Below, piece by piece: positions 61,649 through 64,000 of a DNA stretch of 64,000 nt. Positions within the stretch are counted from its first letter, which is position 1; the number at the start of each line of letters is the position of its first letter. The stretch lies in the NCBI GenBank assembly GCA_963695225.1, contig OY968762.1, positions 832,001-896,000 of the forward strand, read 5' to 3'. This DNA is from Vulcanimicrobiota bacterium. GTDB taxonomy: Bacteria > Vulcanimicrobiota > Vulcanimicrobiia > Vulcanimicrobiales > Vulcanimicrobiaceae. A program made the translations under genes and the position numbers. A model generated the notes under the pieces. The model was not told where the DNA came from and did not search any database. It saw only the letters and a program-made list of their open reading frames with translations.

Positions 61649-61956
61649 CGCGGCTTGACCGCTGGGGACGCGGGGCGGATGTTCCAGGCCGACCATGGGA
61701 CGGCGCTCGTATCGATCGTCGCGTTGATGACCTCGCCTACGTGGAGCTTCTTTAGGTCGGCGCCGTTCTTGGGCTGGACCGGCATGGTCATCGCCATCGG
61801 CATCGCCGGGAAGGGATCGTGATGGATTTCGAACGTGCCGTGCTTCGCGTCGATCGTGACGACGCGACCGTGAATCTGCTCGATCGCCGCCGGCGATGCG
61901 GCGACGACGAGCGAGAACAGCACGCCGAAAGACGCACCCAAGAAGTGCGTGGGCAT
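61645..61956 (-). CDS. CusF-like periplasmic copper-binding protein
   Basis: GAAGGAG RBS, signal peptide, IHHDPFPAMPMAMTM motif. Confidence 0.8.
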   Translation of the reverse strand: MPTHFLGASFGVLFSLVVAASPAAIEQIHGRVVTIDAKHGTFEIHHDPFPAMPMAMTMPVQPKNGADLKKLHVGEVINATIDTSAVPWSAWNIRPASPAVKPR

Positions 61957-62036
61957 AGTGAGGCTCCTTCTTCTGCGCCTGCCGCACATGCGGCGGCGCG
62001 ACGTTCTTCGGTGCTAGCCCCGTGCGGGGGCGAAGG

Positions 62037-62738
62037 TCACACGAACGCCGGGGGAGCGCGCAATCCGCCGCCGACGGCAAGCGCGCACACATCGCCGAAC
62101 GACGTGGCGGCGGAGACCGGCCGCCACGCGAAGCGCAGCGGCGCGCAAATGCGGCGCACGCAGATCGCCACGATGGCGAAGACGAGCCGGCGGCCGAGGG
62201 CGAGCGCAAGGCCCGTCATCCCGACCGCGAGTGCCGTAACGGCAAGCGACGCCGCGAAGACAATCCCAGTCAACGACGCAAGCGAGAGCAACGAGAGCGA
62301 CGCCGCACCTTCGGTCGCAACGATGACGGCGAGCGGCAACGTCGCCGTCGCACAGACCGCGAGCACCGTCCTGCCGAACGGTAGACGCGCGACGACGCCG
62401 AGCAGCCGCCGCCGGCTATAGCCCCGATCGCGGTCCGCGCACAGCACGACGAACGCCCAGCACATCGCCACCGCGGCTAACAGGATCACCCCCAGCACCA
62501 CCGGGCAAATCGCGAGTCCCGGGATCATGCCCGGCATTTCGTGCATGTCGCCCATCCCTGGCATATCGCGCATGCCCGGCATCCCGGGCATCGCGGCGGC
62601 AGGTGATGGAACGACGACGCGATACGAGCAGACGGCCAGGCCGGCTTGTCCCGCGAGCACGATCGCGAGGGTCGTGCATCCCAGAAGCGCCGCAAGCGGC
62701 GCAACGATCGACGCCTGGAAACCGCGCAAACGGATCAT
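62037..62738 (-). CDS. Met/Cys-rich multi-TM leader protein ending in RAPP
   Basis: AVC..MPGMPGMRDMPGMGDMHEMPGMIPGLAICP; C-terminus GGGLRAPPAFV. Confidence 0.78.
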   Translation of the reverse strand: MIRLRGFQASIVAPLAALLGCTTLAIVLAGQAGLAVCSYRVVVPSPAAAMPGMPGMRDMPGMGDMHEMPGMIPGLAICPVVLGVILLAAVAMCWAFVVLCADRDRGYSRRRLLGVVARLPFGRTVLAVCATATLPLAVIVATEGAASLSLLSLASLTGIVFAASLAVTALAVGMTGLALALGRRLVFAIVAICVRRICAPLRFAWRPVSAATSFGDVCALAVGGGLRAPPAFV

Positions 62739-62873
62739 CTTGGCCTACGCGCCGGGGTGCGGTCTGTGCCTATGACGGGGCCGCTAATCGCTTCGAATCC
62801 CCCTTTGACGCGCCAACAGCGCAAAGCGGGGCGCGGTTGCGCTCGTGCGAACCTCGCGGACGTGCCGTCCGGC

Positions 62874-64000
62874 GTGCCCCGGCAGCTCGTCTGCTTCATT
62901 CTGATCCTGTACGCGTTCACGTCGACCGGTGCCGCGGCGGTTGCGCACGCCGTTCTCGTCGCGAGCGAACCGGCTGCAGGGCAGCGGCTCGAGCGCACGC
63001 CGCACATGGTGACGCTGGCCTTCGATGAGCCCGTCGAGACTGCGCTCGGCTCGTTGCGCGTGCTCGACGCATCCGGCACCGAGCGTTCGCTCGGCGGCGC
63101 GTTCCATCCGAACGGCGACCCGAGGCGCATCGCGGTCCTCTCGCCCCCGCTCGGTCGCGGGCGATATGTCGTCGCATGGCGGGTCGTCTCGGCCGACTCG
63201 CACATCGTCGGCGGCGCCTACGCGTTCGGTCTCGGCGTGCCAGCCGGCGAGGAGCCGCCCCCGGTCCCCGCCGGCGGGGCTACGTTCTTGCTACCGCTCG
63301 TGCATTTCATCATGCTCGCGGGCGTGCTCTTCGGCATCGGCCTTCCGCTCGGCGCGGCGGCGCTCGGGAAGCGGCGCAGCCGCGTTCCGAGTCGCGGCGA
63401 ACGCGGTGCCTGGTTCGCATTTGCGCTCGCCGCCTGCGTCGACGTCGCGGTACGCGCGAACCTTGCCGGCGGTTCGCCGCTCTCCGCACTCACGACACGC
63501 ATCAGCGCGTTACGGCTGATCTCCGTCGCCGCGGCCCTCATCGCACTCGCCGCGATCTCGGGGAACCGGCGCCGGCGGCCCCTTCTTCTCGTGGCGGGCC
63601 TCGTCGCCGCGCTGTCGCTCAGCTTTGCCGGGCACGCGGCCGACGCCAAGCCGGCCGTCTTGGGCGTCGCGGTCGATGCGCTGCATCTTCTCGCAGCCGC
63701 GGCGTGGATCGGCGTGGTCACGATGGCGGCGACGCTCCGACACTCGGCGGAGTTGCGAGCGATCCCTCGGATCGCCGCTGCGGCCGTCGTCGCGCTCGTC
63801 GCGACCGGCGTCGTGCAAACCGTGCGCAACGCCGGTTCACTTCAAGCGCTCGTCACGACCGCGTACGGGCGCGAGATCGATCTCAAATTCCTCCTGCTGA
63901 TCGCCGCACTCGGCATCGCGTCGCAAGTGCATCGGGCCGGCGAGCAGCGCAGGCCGGCGGCCCGCAGCCGGATAAAGCTCGAAGTATGGTTCCTGATCGC
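62874..64000 (+). CDS. CopC/CopD fusion copper protein (3' end runs off the window)
   Basis: Not in the ORF track. AHAVLVASEP..FDEPV..YVVAWRVVSADSHIVGG (CopC), then AGHA..DALHLLAAAAWIG..YGR..K (CopD). Start could be 62772, 62862 or 62874. Confidence 0.88.
   Translation, partial: MPRQLVCFILILYAFTSTGAAAVAHAVLVASEPAAGQRLERTPHMVTLAFDEPVETALGSLRVLDASGTERSLGGAFHPNGDPRRIAVLSPPLGRGRYVVAWRVVSADSHIVGGAYAFGLGVPAGEEPPPVPAGGATFLLPLVHFIMLAGVLFGIGLPLGAAALGKRRSRVPSRGERGAWFAFALAACVDVAVRANLAGGSPLSALTTRISALRLISVAAALIALAAISGNRRRRPLLLVAGLVAALSLSFAGHAADAKPAVLGVAVDALHLLAAAAWIGVVTMAATLRHSAELRAIPRIAAAAVVALVATGVVQTVRNAGSLQALVTTAYGREIDLKFLLLIAALGIASQVHRAGEQRRPAARSRIKLEVWFLI

Overview
High-GC bacterial chromosome segment. 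Hopanoid hpnJ, TonB-dependent receptors and acid-resistance cargo fit a diderm acid-soil organism, possibly Eremiobacterota (inference only). 1-13.4 kb looks core-like: hpnJ, a phasin-like gene, a Ugp-type ABC transporter with a YmdB-like phosphoesterase, a TelA/vWA/solute-binding operon and a ferritin-like gene. About 13.9-26 kb is accessory: IS3 relic, Crp regulator, aquaporin-glucose dehydrogenase-GH63-GMC-VOC operon and a broken hicAB. The main structure is a ~1.2 kb direct repeat (26523-27783 and 54204-55405). Each copy holds a Uma2 nuclease gene, a decayed tyrosine-integrase C-terminus, arm-like GAATGAGGGTA repeats, a terminator and the 3' half of tRNA-Phe. These look like attP-like junctions of tandem integrative elements. 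The 27.7 kb between them has no integrase and carries acid/energy-stress genes (P-type H+-ATPase, xfp, ppk2 split by IS21, NDH-2, two amino-acid decarboxylases with an antiporter, Na+/H+ antiporter). The last 8.5 kb is a metal-uptake locus: two convergent TonB-dependent receptor units, each preceded by a multi-TM leader ORF ending in the ribosome-arrest motif RAPP (one with a clear anti-Shine-Dalgarno), plus CusF-like and CopC/CopD genes.
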